Positions 1 through 12,544 of a stretch of DNA of 64,000 nt are shown piece by piece. Positions within the stretch are counted from its first letter, which is position 1; every line of letters begins with the position of its first letter. The DNA comes from Camelus ferus (taxonomy: Eukaryota), in contig NC_045698.1 in assembly GCF_009834535.1 (NCBI RefSeq), forward strand, positions 1,490,001-1,554,000, read 5' to 3'. A program made the position numbers and the translations under genes. The notes beneath the pieces were generated by a model that saw nothing but the letters and a program-made list of their open reading frames with translations, did no database searches and was not told the DNA's origin.

Positions 1-725
1 AATCACCGTCACCATCATCAGCACCATCACTACCATCACCACCATCATCATCACCATCATCACCATCACCATCATCACCATCATCACCATCATCATCACC
101 ATCATCACCATCACCACCATCATCACCATCACCACCATCATCACCATCACCACCATCACCACCATCACCACCATCATCATCACCATCATCACCATCACCA
201 CCATCATCAGCACCATCATCACCACCATCACCACCATCACCACCATCATCATCACCATAATCACCGTCACCATCATCAGCACCATCACTACCATCACCAC
301 CATCATCATCACCATCATCACCATCACCATCATCATCACCATCATCACCATCATCATCACCATCATCACCACCACCACCACCACCATCACCACCATCATC
401 ATCACCATCACCACCATCATACCATCATCATCACCATCATCACCATCACCACCATCATCACCATCACCACCATCACCACCATCATCATCACCATCACCAC
501 CATCGCCATCAACAGCAGCACCATAATCATGGTTATCATCACCATCACCATAATCATCACCATCATCACTATTAACATCATCATCATCACCACCACCATC
601 ACCACCACCATTATCATTATCACCACCATCCTTATTACCACATCACCATGATCACCATCACCATGATCACCACCATCATCCTTATTATTATCATCACCAT
701 CATTGTCATCATCACCAACACCACT
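1..725. repeat. Cryptic trinucleotide (CAT/CAC)n simple repeat, truncated by the window start
   Basis: Continuous CAT/CAC triplets that degenerate after about 500. It explains the Met/Val-rich ORF 417..806. Confidence 0.97.
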
Positions 726-1774
726 GTCATTGTCTTTTGAGTGTCTCAAGTAAAGACAAACTAGGGCTCTGAGAACTAACAGAGTCTTCAGGGTCACACA
801 ATTCATCCCCTAGGAGCTGATGGATGTGGCTCAGACCAGGATCAGTGATGCTCGAGACACATGCCTTTGTGTCATGGTGCCCAAGTGTCAAGGTGTCCTC
901 TGTGAGTGGCAGGGTCTCTTCTGGGTGCTTTGATAAGAAAGTGAACATGTTCCAGAATGCTCTGTGGGACGAGCCTCTCTCAGACACTCACCTTCTTACT
1001 ATGCTTACTATCCATACCTCACCCAGCACCAGGTCAGCCCCGAGGAGGGGCAGAGCAGGAAGGTCTGGCCTGTGCCCGGTTGTTCTGCATCCTCACTTCT
1101 TCTTCAGAGCCTCTGGACTCTGAGATTGGGCTAGAATGTTATGAGGCAGTGGATGCAACAATTGTTTTGGGCATAAACACCCAGGAAACCAAATATCAGA
1201 AGCAAATGGAATATCTGGTCAACAAGAGAATGCTACCATGCCTACTTTTAACTTTTCTGTATATTCTTGAGCTCAAAGTTAAAACCAGGTATGAAATTTT
1301 ATACATATGTATATACATATGCATATATATTGAAAAGTGGCTATTTTCCATCCTTACTATTATTGTAATTTGTTTTACATTTTCTCATATCCTTTGATTA
1401 AATACTGGCTCAAATTTGTAAAGTTAGCCAGTTTTATTCAGCCATGACTCTAGGCTGGAAATCACTGTGATGACAAAAACATACAAATGATGACAATGAT
1501 GATATACACGTGGTATTCCCCTGGGCTGTGCTCTGACCCAGAGTGAGGGGGTCAGCTCATTAGCCTCTGAATATTATTATAGTGAACCCACTGCTAGCTT
1601 TCAGGAATTTCTCTCAAGTAGCCCATGGATTTTGTGAGCTCTACACAAAGTATGTTTTCTATGGGATTTTTGGTTTGATGTTAAAATGTTTTCCATTTTG
1701 CCTTTAATAATTCCTTACCTGCATGTGGCAGAAGAAATGAAACATGCTGGAAACCAACCTCCAGTTTATGAAGT

Positions 1775-2120
1775 CCTGATTCATGCCAAGACACAGATGA
1801 ACCTTGAAAACATTACACTGAGTGAAAAGAGCCAGACCTAAAAGGACAGATGCTGCACAATGCCAGTTATATGAAATGCCTAGAGTAGGGAAGTTCGTGG
1901 AGTTAGAGGTACAGCAGAGACCCCGGGCTCTGTGGAGGGGAGGGGGTGTCACTATTCAGGGGGTACAAAGCTTTTGTTCATGGTGATGAAACAGTTCTGG
2001 GAACAGTGATGATGGTTACACATTTTGAATCCACTTAATGCCACCGAGTGGTTCATTTAGGAAAGGTTTAGTTGGTCAGTTTCATGTTCCACAAATTCTA
2101 TTGCAATGAAAAGTTAAAAA
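1775..2120 (+). mobile_element. Old LINE-1 (L1MB/L1MC-like) 3' UTR fragment
   Basis: gatgaaccttgaaaacattacactgagtgaaaagagccagac...ggtgatgaaacagttctgg...gatggttacaca...cacttaatgccaccga matches the typical L1M 3' end and finishes in an A-rich tail. Confidence 0.85.
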
Positions 2121-4269
2121 TCGACCCTACAAAACAAATGTCCTGACAGTAAAACAAATGCACAAAAAGCAGGATGGCTTCTCCACTTGGAGCTGGGCCC
2201 AGGGAGAAGGTGGGTGGGGGCCAGACCCCTGCCCGGCCCTCCATGCAGCCGGATCCAGCCTCTCAAGGTGCTTCATTATTTATGAGTGAAGCAATCTGGT
2301 GGGCAGCCAGCTGTCAGCAGCCAAATCCAATACTGAAAGGTCACGGCCACGGATGTCAGAGTGAAAGAGTGTTAAAGCAAATACAAATACATCTCTTTAA
2401 TTTCGGCTGGACTGATCGGGTACCAACTGGAGGTGCCACAGGTCAGGAGGCGTGAGCCAGCAGGTCAGCGGAGAGGAGGGAGGCCAGCCCCAGGTGCCCT
2501 GCCTCTTGTCTCCACAAATGAAGAGATGCCCACGCCATCACCCGTGGCACTGAATACGGCGGAGTGCACGGCTGCGGCCACACCAGGGTCCCTGCCGGCT
2601 GGAATCACGCTCTATTTGAAGCAAGTCTGCAAAGGCTCTCCAGTGTCCTGACAGCGAGAATTAACCCATGTACCCACAACCTCGCCTGAGACCTGGCCCT
2701 GGGGTCACCGGCCCATGGACCTGCATGGAGGCTCTGGGTCCCAGAGCACGACTGTGGCTCTCGCACGCCAGAGGGTGGTGAGGACCCAGTGCAGCTCAGG
2801 GCTTCCGTGCTCGGCTCACTCCATGTCCCAGGTCCCGTACAGTCACAACTCGCATGGCAGGGAAGGCGGGCCTGCTGGTGGGTGGCCTGGCGAGGTGTGG
2901 GAGACCATCAGGCAGGCGAGGGGCCCCCGATCCCTGCTGCCCAGCGGCTGTTCTCCAGCTCCAGAGATGCAGCGCTGGCTTCCATCAGCAGACCGGGAGC
3001 GCCAACCAAAACTTCCCAGAAGGGAATGAAGGGAAACTCACAAACAGACAAACACACGCAGATGTCAGTGTGGAAATACTCTCAGTCCCACACAGTCAGG
3101 CGTCCACACAGGCAAGGAGGGGAGTAACAATTTTGCCAGTTAAACTTGACCATTATTTAGAAAAATATGAATGCCCAGGAGTTCCTCCCAGGCCCCATCC
3201 TCTGGTGCGAGACAGCGCTACTTTGCGAAGCTGCACTCCCAGTCGGACCAGAGACACGGCTCCCGGCCCTACGGCGGGCCTCGCTCCCCCAGTGTCCGTG
3301 GAGGATGCGCTGACGGAGGGCAGCTGCCGCTAGCCACCAACACAGTGCTGCTTCCCCTCTTCAGGGCCAGGAGGTTTCCAGAGAGAAGCAGGCAGGTGCC
3401 ATGGGAGCTCTGGACAGGGACGTATGTGACACCAAGTTGGCAGCGAGGGGAGCGACTACAGAGGGGCCGGAGGAGTGTAAGCATGGGCCAGCATCCCAGC
3501 CCAGGGAGCGGCCCCTGCTCTGGCCAGGGAAGGTCAGTGCTGCCCGCCCAGCAATTTCTCTCCCTTTCCAGGGAATATTCTGGAATGCAGGTCAGGAAGT
3601 GAAGTGTTATTGCCTCACCACCCTTTGACCTGCTCCTGTTTACAGGAGGAGAGGCACCCTCAGTGCATCCGCAGGTGTTTAGATCAGACCGCACCACACC
3701 TCCGAACAGACCCCTTGAGCCCCTGGCTGCTGCGTGGGGTCTGGCTGCCCCAGGTGTGGCCACGTCGGCGCCCCTGCCACCCTTTGCCTTGGGTGCACTC
3801 ACAGTGGAGTCCCAGAACGTGGACATCGGTCCCTCATTTTTACCAGAATTAACACAAGGTAACTGTTGGAAAACCCAGATCGCGCACCCTGAGATCGGGG
3901 AGCTGAGTTTAGAACGAGCCACCGTGCCTGCGTCTGAGCAGAGCCGAGCGTGAGGAACACGTCCCTGGTGCCTGAGCTCGTCGCTGGAGCAGGAGGGGTC
4001 TCCAACTTGGTTCACATTGTGTACAATCGCCGTGAGCAGGGCTCCCTTACAACTTCCAAAAGCTTACGGGGTGAGAGGTAACAAAGGCAAGGAAAACACC
4101 TTTGCTGTCTTTCTATCTGGATTCGTTAATGACGTGTAAGTGTGAAAATAAGCCTCAGAGTCTGGGGCTGAAGTGAAACCCCAAGCGCCTGTGGGTGTTT
4201 AGCAGGAGGAGCTACGTCTCCTCCGCGCCCTTTGCTGAAGGGAGAATGGGCTGTCAGCCACCGACAGGT

Positions 4270-5070
4270 GGACAGCGTGCCTGGTGTCCGTCGGCGGTCG
4301 GCTGTTGGACGGCATTCGTGAAACAGGGCGCTACGTACGGATCGGTGCTTCACCCGGGGCAATGGGGACAGCAGCACGCAGCCCCGGGAACCCTCCCGCA
4401 TCCCGTCTCCCTGCTCCGCCCACTTCCTGCCCTCTTCCTTTCCCGTGGGGCCTCCCACACCTGGGCTTCCTCGGGTGGATCGTGTCCAGGAGGGGGCCCT
4501 GCCCGCCGCTTCCGAGGACCCCATCCGCCCAGCGCATCTCCTTGTCGGGGCGTGGAGCAGCCTGTCAGCTCTGTCCTCCCCGAGCCCGGGGCTGGCCAGA
4601 CACACGTGTTCAGGAACGAAGGCTTTAAAAACAGCGTCCTCTCTGTCCCCTTGCTGGGATGAACAGACACCTTTGTTTTAGAGCCTTAAGGACTGACGTT
4701 ACCTATGTGCTGGACCCGCTCTCCGGCATCAGAGCGTCTCTGTGCCCACGGGGCAAGGGGCTCTAGGAAGGGCCCCGCTCAGCGCAGAGCCAGCCCGACC
4801 GAGGTCAATGACCGCCCTCCCCGCGGCGGGCCCGGCCGGTTCCCACGGCGCCGGAGCCCCGGAGCCGCGGTCTCCAGGGCGGGGAGAGGCGCTCCGCGCC
4901 TTTCCTTCTGTTGGTCATTGTCGGTGTGTGTTGTCACAATTCAGCGTCTGTGTGTCAGAGTCTGTGTCTGGGCCTTCCCTTCTCCTGCCTGCGCCTCCTC
5001 CCTTCCATCGGCAGGCAGAGGGTCCGTCCCGCCACGCGGCCGGTGCTGGCCCGAGTGCGCACGCGAGAAC
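4270..5070. promoter_or_regulatory. CpG-rich island-like segment
   Basis: Dense CpG, e.g. ccgcggcgggcccggccggttcccacggcgccggagccccggagccgcgg at about 4821-4870. No associated gene start is recognised. Confidence 0.45.
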
Positions 5071-5134
5071 CTGAACTTTCAAATCCAAGGATTCTCTGTG
5101 TTTCTGCGCCATTTAATAGCATGTGTTCCCTCAT

Positions 5135-5240
5135 CATAATTATACAAATCACAGTTAATTCTGTAAAATGTGAACAATTGTAGCTACATAGTTTTATATA
5201 TTTGATAAATGTACTCCTCCATGTAATCACAATCCAGATG
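5135..5240 (-). mobile_element. Degenerate L1M 3' fragment
   Basis: tttgataaatgtactcctccatgtaatcacaatccagat resembles the antisense L1M 3' UTR motif tttgacaaatgtatacacccatgtaaccaccacccagat. Confidence 0.45.
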
Positions 5241-6859
5241 TATACATATATGATACATGTTATATGAAACAGACAAAAAGCATGTATATTATATTCTGCT
5301 TGCTCTGAAGTCCTCAGTTGCAGGATTGTAAGTAATTTGTATTTCATTATACACGCTTCTCTATAATTTCTCACATTTTACAGAATATGCATTTTATCTT
5401 GGTTATAGTTAGTTGGCGCACATAATGATATAAATGGCTACCGTCTTGCACGCAGAGGCTGGGGTTCTGGAGACGCAGCGTGCTGGACGCTCTCAGGGCC
5501 CATGAGGCGTTTTCACTTCTTGCTTCCAGGAAGCTCCAAGGCTGGTCAGGCTGTGAGCACTTGCAAACAAATAAACGTAGTAACGAAGTGCTTTGAGGAG
5601 CGCTCATGGTAATAGACAATCAGCCCTGCGAGCAAATGGGCGGCCGTGAGCAGTGCCCCTCGAGGCCGTGGTCGTGGCCACTCGGGGGAAAGGCGAGGAA
5701 AGGCCTGGATGCTGACTTTCACTGAGCTTCTGCGCCATGGGCAGTGATGTGAACGCTCTGTGCACCTCGTTCCGTTTCCCTCATAACCACCTAGAATGTA
5801 ACCCCCCCAGCTCTGCTCTGTGGCCTGAGAGCAGAGACTGGGCGAATGTAGAGAACACTTGAAGCTGCCCGGCAGGCTGGGCAGGGCCATCGCTGGGGAG
5901 AGCATAAGGGTCCGGCAGAGGGAGCCGAGGGGTGTCCCAGACAGGCTGGCTGGATGGAACAAAAATAGTGAGGTGGCCACGCGCAGCTGTTTTGGGAAAC
6001 TGAATGACCGCCTTTGGTTGGTAAGAATGATTCAAGCAGGAGTGTGACGAAAGGGGTGGGTGGCCCCGGAACCACAGGAGCCGGTCCTGAGGTCCTTCTC
6101 CATGTGCTGTGGCTAGAACGGCCACACCGTCGCCTGTAGGAATGCGATGAGGTGGGCGTGTCCGCACTTAACCAGCTTTCAACGCACAGCATCTGCTGCC
6201 CCTCCAGGATGTGGCTTCCAGCACATCCTCTGCATCTTCCCCCGAGGGAGGACACAGTGGGTCTGCACCAGCCTGGAGGAGGGGCCTGATACCTGGTGAT
6301 GCTCGCAGACCCTGCCCCACAGTGGGTCAGCGTCCTTGATGAGGGTGTGGGCGCCACCTCGCGCAGGCTGATGGCAGACTGCTGAAGGGCGGTGATTAAG
6401 AGGAAACGTCCAGTCAGTTCACAACAGGCTGCGTGATGGATTAAAACCAACTGCAGAGACGTGCACGATCACAAAGTCCCTGCGGGAAAGTTCACACTCA
6501 CGTGAGCGCACACACAGCCACACGCAGCACAGACACTGTGCACCAGGAAGGGAGGAGGCCGGCGTGAGGGCTGCAGGCAAGCTTCTCACTGTGTTTCCTG
6601 GGTTCGTGTCAGGGCCCTGAAGTGGAAAGAAGACACAGGTTTAGTTGGCTGAGTTAGTTCAACAGGTATCTTGAGACACACAGAGTTTCCTCGTGTAAAA
6701 CCCCGGTCATACATTTAAAATGGGAAAGGGGCATAACCTCTTGTTTCTAGAAATCCACACTCTGTTGGGGGTGGTATGACGTGAGGTCACACGTCCACAC
6801 CTGGAAGCTATTCCTCTTAAAGGAAATCGGAATTTCGGTCGTAGAGGAGACACACAGGT

Positions 6860-7460
6860 GGAAATCTGTTCAGTTCTTGACATGCTGGGTTTAGGCTGAG
6901 GCATCTGAATGGGAATTTGCTAAAGGTATCGCAAACAAAGGGCTGAGAGTCAGGAGAGCATGGGATTGGAGCTGTGGCACTAAGAATAATCGTTCTCGAG
7001 GGATTGTTTGAAGGCGGGAGAGTCGTTCAGACAATTCAGGGTTGGAGTAAAAGCAGAGGGGAGGCTGAGGTCCCCACGTGAGCGGTGGCGTGTCTGAGTG
7101 GACTTGGACGAGGCACAGATGTCCTGGATTAGAAACCAGGAGCAGGTGTCAGGCTGGGAGCGCAGGGAGGAGGGTGATTCCTGGCGAAGGTCATCGCAGG
7201 ATCCATGGCTCAAGACCGGAGGCTCAGGATGCAGACAGTGGACAGGATGGTGGGTCCGGAGCTGCAGGTGACCCTCGGGAGGAGAGGGCAAGGGTAATGA
7301 GGGAGGGGAAGTCGGGCCACAGAGGTCAAGGAGCAGTCGATGGAGAATCGGTTTCTTAGACCCTTGTGCTGAGAAGCTCATCTTGAGAGGACGGAGACGC
7401 TGGGAGGAGCTGGCAGAGGCAGCGGGGCCCAGCGGGGCTTGTCAAGGGGGAGAAGGTGGC
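6860..7460 (-). mobile_element. LINE-2 fragment
   Basis: gttcagttcttgacatgctgggttt...gggctgagagtcaggagag...ggattggagctgt and then gaaaccaggag...ggtgaccct... follow antisense L2 landmarks in the expected order. The segment is purine-rich. Confidence 0.65.
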
Positions 7461-9952
7461 GCCTGATGGGATGGAGTGTTGGGAGAGACCCGAGCCTCTG
7501 GCGTCCGGACGTGCCCTGAAGCACGCCCTTCACTGCCAGGGAGGATGTGGGGGTGCCGCCCTGAGAGCAGGAGGGACAAGGGTCCAGGAAGCGATGAGAG
7601 AACCATCCGAGGGGAACAGAAGAGACTCTGATACACACAGGACAGCGAACTACCCTGGTTTCCTGGATAAAATCGAAGGACACACATTGAAGGGCAAGGG
7701 TGGGGTCACCTGGGTGGAAGCAGCAAAGCTTTGTGGGAAATATGCTGGAGAAAGGAGAGGACAGAGCACTGAGGACACACCGTGGGGACGTCAGGCATCT
7801 TCCAGGGGTCTCCCAAGAAATACCCTTAGGCCTAGAGGCGAGGACAGCGGCCTCGGACAGCAGATCGGGGTGTCCGCAGAGTGGACACTGAAGCATGGAG
7901 GACACCAGAGTTCAAAGTCAAGGCTCTGCTGAAGCGGCCAACCCCAAAGCTGAATTCCCAGTTCATCCTAGAACCCGATGGGGCCAAGGGGAGTGACGGA
8001 TTGGCCGTGGTGCAGGCGCAGGTGTGGAGAGGCAGTCACAGAGCAGAATGGAGGGCTGCCTCCGGGGCGTGTATTTGTACATTTGAAAAAGCATGTCCAA
8101 CTCTTTTGGGAAATTATTTAGTGAATGGTGCAAGGGCAACTGATGATTTCAAATGAGGCGGGAAAATCCAACAGCATTTCAAAGGCGGGGCCAACAGGAG
8201 ACTTGCATCAGTCTGTAACCGCTCCTCAGCGGACATCGCAGTGCTGTCATGTAGTGGATCTAAACCTGCCCTAGGAAGACTCCAGCATCAACTCCAGATT
8301 ACATGGTGAGAAAACTCGCACCCCAGAGGCTAGGAAAGTCCTCGGCTGCCGAGGGCAGAGGGAGGCACGGAGTTGGACCCAGGCTGGTCCTTTCCAAGCC
8401 CGCGCTTTCCTCACCACACTTGGCTGGAGCTTGGGGGCCCAGCGAGGGCAGGATCCTGCAGGAGAGCATCACTGCTCTGGGCTCGGGGCCAGTGACGGAA
8501 AGGAGACGTCCACGTGGCCGGAGAAGACTGCCTGGCCACCGTCTGGCTGGCAGCACCGCCCTGGAGCCTGAGGTCCGAATGCAGCTGGACCACTTGGACC
8601 CTCAAACGTGAGCTCCGTACAACTTCCCTAATAACCAAAATGACTTCCCACCAGCAGGTGCCCCATGAAATGCAAGAAGACGGAACTGACCCCTGATGAA
8701 AGGTCTAGGGGATGTTCTGAACGGCAGGAGCGCTGGGTTTATGTTCCCAAGCCTTCCTGAAAGTCGTTCATCTTACGTTAATCTTAGTTTGTAAAGTGTA
8801 GAGTGCTTTAGGACTTTCTTTGAACCCAGATTTCCGTTGCTTAGATAATAAGGCTGGTGTCACTGGCACTGGAGGTGTCACCCAGATGTCCTTTCTGGAT
8901 GGGGGGATGGAGAATGAATTTCCCAGGAGTGAGGCCCGCAGACAGCCCTCAGCGGTCAGCCATCTGTAGGAATCCCCTCAAAAGAGCAGACACCCCCACA
9001 CACACATGTCACATCTCCTGGGGGCCACTGTCCCCCCCGCCAAGCACCTCCCTTCTGTGCTGGCCAAGGGCTCAGCCACAACCTTCATGGAGGTGGCCCG
9101 GCCCTGCGTTCTCCTGCACCTTCTCCAGCGGCCAACCCAAGGGCACCCCCAGAGAGTAGTCTCAACCGCAATCTCTGTCTCCACCTGTGGCAAGTAGGAA
9201 CCGTCACGTCCAAGTTCTGCTCTGAATTTGTCCTGCTCCGCGTGCACCCCCTCACCCTCCATCGCAAGGATGTTCCTGGGGTGAAATGCACATTATCACG
9301 CGGCTGAAGGGGTGTGATTTCTTACCGACACGTGCCCACGTGGGTGGAGATGACCAGCAAGCGGACGGAAAATCCAAATGGGTCCGTTCACCTCTCCAGC
9401 CCTCGGTGCCACTTCCCAGCGAAACACGCAGGTGCTTTCCGGGTTGGTGTAGTTAATCAAGGTTAAGCCCACTTCTGTTTGGTTGCCTATGTCTGCTCGT
9501 TTCTTGTCTTTGAAAGACCTTTGAAAATCACTCTGTAAAAATAAATGAACCAAATCGAGCCTGGGGGCTGCTTCCCCGCAGGGCAGGTGACAGACCCTCT
9601 TTCCTTGAGTGGACAGGACACACTGCACCTGCCCCTGTGCCCCGATTCCCGGACTGCCTCCTATAGCCCATTTGCTGGTGAAATGTCTAGAGAAAGATCT
9701 CGTGACACATCAGACCCAACACGTTTCCATCTCAAACCCTGTAATTTGCTCATATTAGGCATTTTTTAAAAGACAGAAACATGACTGAGGTGGTGACAGC
9801 CCCCTCAGCCCCGTCGTGGAGCCCAGTCCCCGGGGCAGCCACCATTGCGCCAGCCGCAGGGCTCGTCGCCGGGCTCGCTCTGCTCACCCAGCACCAGCAA
9901 TCCCGGGTGTCTCTCGCACAGCCCTCCGCTCCGCGTGGACGGCGCACACACA

Positions 9953-10018
9953 GACCTCGCTGCACACAGACCGCGCAGCACACGGACCGCGCAGCACAGG
10001 GACCTTGGGCAGCACAGG
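9953..10018. repeat. Short 16-bp-unit minisatellite, about 4 copies
   Basis: gacctcgctgcacaca / gaccgcgcagcacacg / gaccgcgcagcacagg / gaccttgggcagcacagg. Confidence 0.8.
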
Positions 10019-10074
10019 GCCCTGCGTTGAGTCTCTCTAGTCCCGGGCTGCGTTTTGAGATGCTGATGCTTTAG

Positions 10075-10263
10075 GCTCCTCTGGGAGGGGCCAGACAATC
10101 ACTGTGTGAGGCTTTGTGGCAGCCACTTGTGTGCACTTGTAACAAGGACGCGGCCGTGGGCGGTATGTGAACTAGCGAGGTCGGCTGTGTGCCAATCAAA
10201 CTTTACTTACAAAAACAGGCAGCCGGTCTGAGTTGGCTCAGGGGCTCTGGTCTGCAGACCCTG
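10075..10263 (+). mobile_element. MER58A-like hAT-Charlie DNA transposon (MITE)
   Basis: agggccagac...ggctttgtgg...ggctgtgtgccaatcaaactttacttacaaaaacaggcagccgg...ttggc...tgcagaccctg matches the MER58A layout. Confidence 0.8.
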
Positions 10264-10319
10264 CCCAGAAGCAGCCCCCGTTTGGACCCCTGGGAAGCAT
10301 CTCCCTACACGAACACCGT

Positions 10320-11720
10320 GTAATTATTTATCCACTCCTCTTTGGCGAGGTACTCGCATTGGTTCTAATTTTTCTCAATCTCAGACCACGTTGAAGCAGA
10401 CAGGACGCACCCCTGGAAATGTATAAGGATCTCCTCAGACTCGCCGTCGTCTCAGCAGCTGACACGCCCACCCGGAGGGCGCGAGGTGCTCGCCCCCCAC
10501 TTTCTCAGCTTTACTTGTGGGATCAGATTTAAACATTTTTGCCAAACTGGTGAGTATGACCTGATAACCTTAATTATCATTTCTCTGACTAGCGCCAGTG
10601 TCCTCTGCTGGACCTGTGTGCTTTATGCCTTGGCTTCCTCTCCTGTCTGTGTGTCTTCCTTCCTGCGCTCTCGTGAGACTGCACACCGTGGGAGGCGCCT
10701 CTGTACGCCAGGACACCACTCTCCCGTCACTTACGTCACCACAATGTAAGTTTCTGGCACATTTTTTGACCCAAGTTTTTCCTTTTAATGTACTGAAAAG
10801 TTTCTCTTTTTTTCCTTTACTGTTTTGCTTTCTTTTTCCTGCTTTTTTGTCTTCTTGAGGAAATCGTTTCTTACTCTCAAAATCATAAAAGTAACTACTT
10901 GCATTATCTTCAAAGTGCTTTAAGGCAGCACTTTTCACATTGAGATTTTACGGTGTGATTTCCTGTACGGTGTTGACACAAATAATCAATAAACAATCTA
11001 CAGTAAAGAAGAACAGGGAGCTTTACTCAAGCCATGCTGAAGCCTGCAGCCCAGGTGACGGTCAGGGAGCCCTTGAACTGTGTTCCCCAGACTATCGATG
11101 GGCTGGGGTCTTGCACAGGCAAAACCCAGCCAGGCCCAGAGCTGTCCGTCAAGAGTGAGGCCTGGAGCTGTGAGAAGTAAGGGCGCTCGCTGAGCAGCAT
11201 TGGCCGGGGTCCAGAGCAGTCGCACTATGACAAGGGACGACCTTGAGCCCATACGGGTGCCGCTGGCAGCTGGGTGCAGACACTGCTTTGAGAACGGCTG
11301 GCAGTGCCCTTGAGTTCGATACGGTTCAGGAAATTCCCGTTCTGAGCGAGTCAGGAATGTGTCCAAGCCCACACCCACGGCGGCCCCGGGCTCCGTTCGC
11401 AGGCCTGAGCACAGTGACTCCATTTTGACTTTTAAATGATCTAAACTATGTCACAGTGGTATAGCGTGGGAATCTAGTTTTGTTACACGTTTCCACGTGA
11501 CTAATCAGTTTTTTAAGCAGACTGCGTTAGTCCTTCCGTCTTTCCTCTGTAAATCCCACTTCTAGCTTCTGCATGACGTGTCCACACGGCTACTGGGTGT
11601 TCTTGAGGTTTGTCTCCCCCCAGAAGCGCACTGTTGAGGTCTGAACGGCACTTGTATCAAGCTCACAGGGTGCTCTGGGGAGAATGTTACCTTTGCAGTG
11701 ATGAGTCTTCTCCATGAAGA
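10320..11720 (-). mobile_element. Very old L1M(E) ORF2/3' fragments, interrupted by an LTR
   Basis: Antisense L1 landmarks: tatttatccactcctc, catttttgccaaactggtgag, catttctctgactag, ttttcacattgag, ggaatctagtttt, ggggagaatgttacctttgcagtgatgagtcttc. Confidence 0.55.
10971..11455 (-). mobile_element. Solo LTR, ERV1-class-like
   Basis: TG...CA termini. The minus strand begins tgtgacatag...caaaatggagtc and ends agtaaagctccc...tgtgtcaaca. It splits an L1 motif, with degenerate 4-bp flanks acgg/gtgg. Confidence 0.6.
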
Positions 11721-12544
11721 GTACCTTCCTCGTGGCCAGGAGGTCCTTCACGGGACGTGTGGCCAAGGGCGGATGGACACAGCATCGTCACGGCCCCTCC
11801 CAGCTCCTCTCCTCGGGGCTCTGAGGTGCCTTAGTGACATGCTTGACCAACAGATTGTGTTGGGAGTGGAGTGACCGCCATGTCCCAATGCCTGGGTGCT
11901 GCCGATTTTGGCACTGAAACCCGCATCCCAAACATCTCTCTATGTCCACATCAGGTAGAGACGGTCAGTCATCCCAGGACTTCAGAGACAGACCACGAGA
12001 TTGCCGGTGACGACAGGCCTTTGGTGATGAGCTGTTGTGTCTGCTCGGCTGCAGGCTTGGGTAAGGCTTGAGCCCACGAGGTGCCTCCCCTCCCTCAGCT
12101 GTCCCGCAGTGGCCCAGAGCTGACTCTCACTCCAGTCGCATGATGCACGGGCCCTGACGCTGTCTGTGGAATCTGGGGGAGTGATTTATGCAAACTGGAT
12201 CATAATTGGATCCCAACGATACTGTTGCTGTTTAAAGAAATCCTGCATACGTGTCGATAAAGCGAGGGAAGTCTCGCTCCTTACCAGCTTTGTGAGCGTG
12301 AGTTGGATTTTCTTAAGCTGGTCCACCTCCTAGAATGCCGGATGCACTACGAAGCATATCGCCCATGCGCAGACGGCCGTCAGTCAGGCGGTGACGCCAA
12401 ATTAGCAGGGCCTCCACCTTAGTGCTTTTTGTAAGTTGGAATATGATAACCACAGGAACACAATAAGGAACTAGTAATAAAGGTGCTAAGGAGAGAAATT
12501 ACTCTAAATGGGAAATAAATTGCACTGAATTATGAGGTCTGGGG

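Noticed and set aside
417..806. Met/Val/Asp-rich 129-aa ORF that looks like a membrane protein
   Set aside because: It is the translation of the (ATG/GTG)n simple repeat.
6345..6368. CTCF-like motif (minus strand gcgcgaggtggcgc), with similar words at about 4487 and 17817
   Set aside because: They have mismatches at core positions, and such words are frequent in GC-rich DNA. They cannot be supported without PWM or ChIP data.
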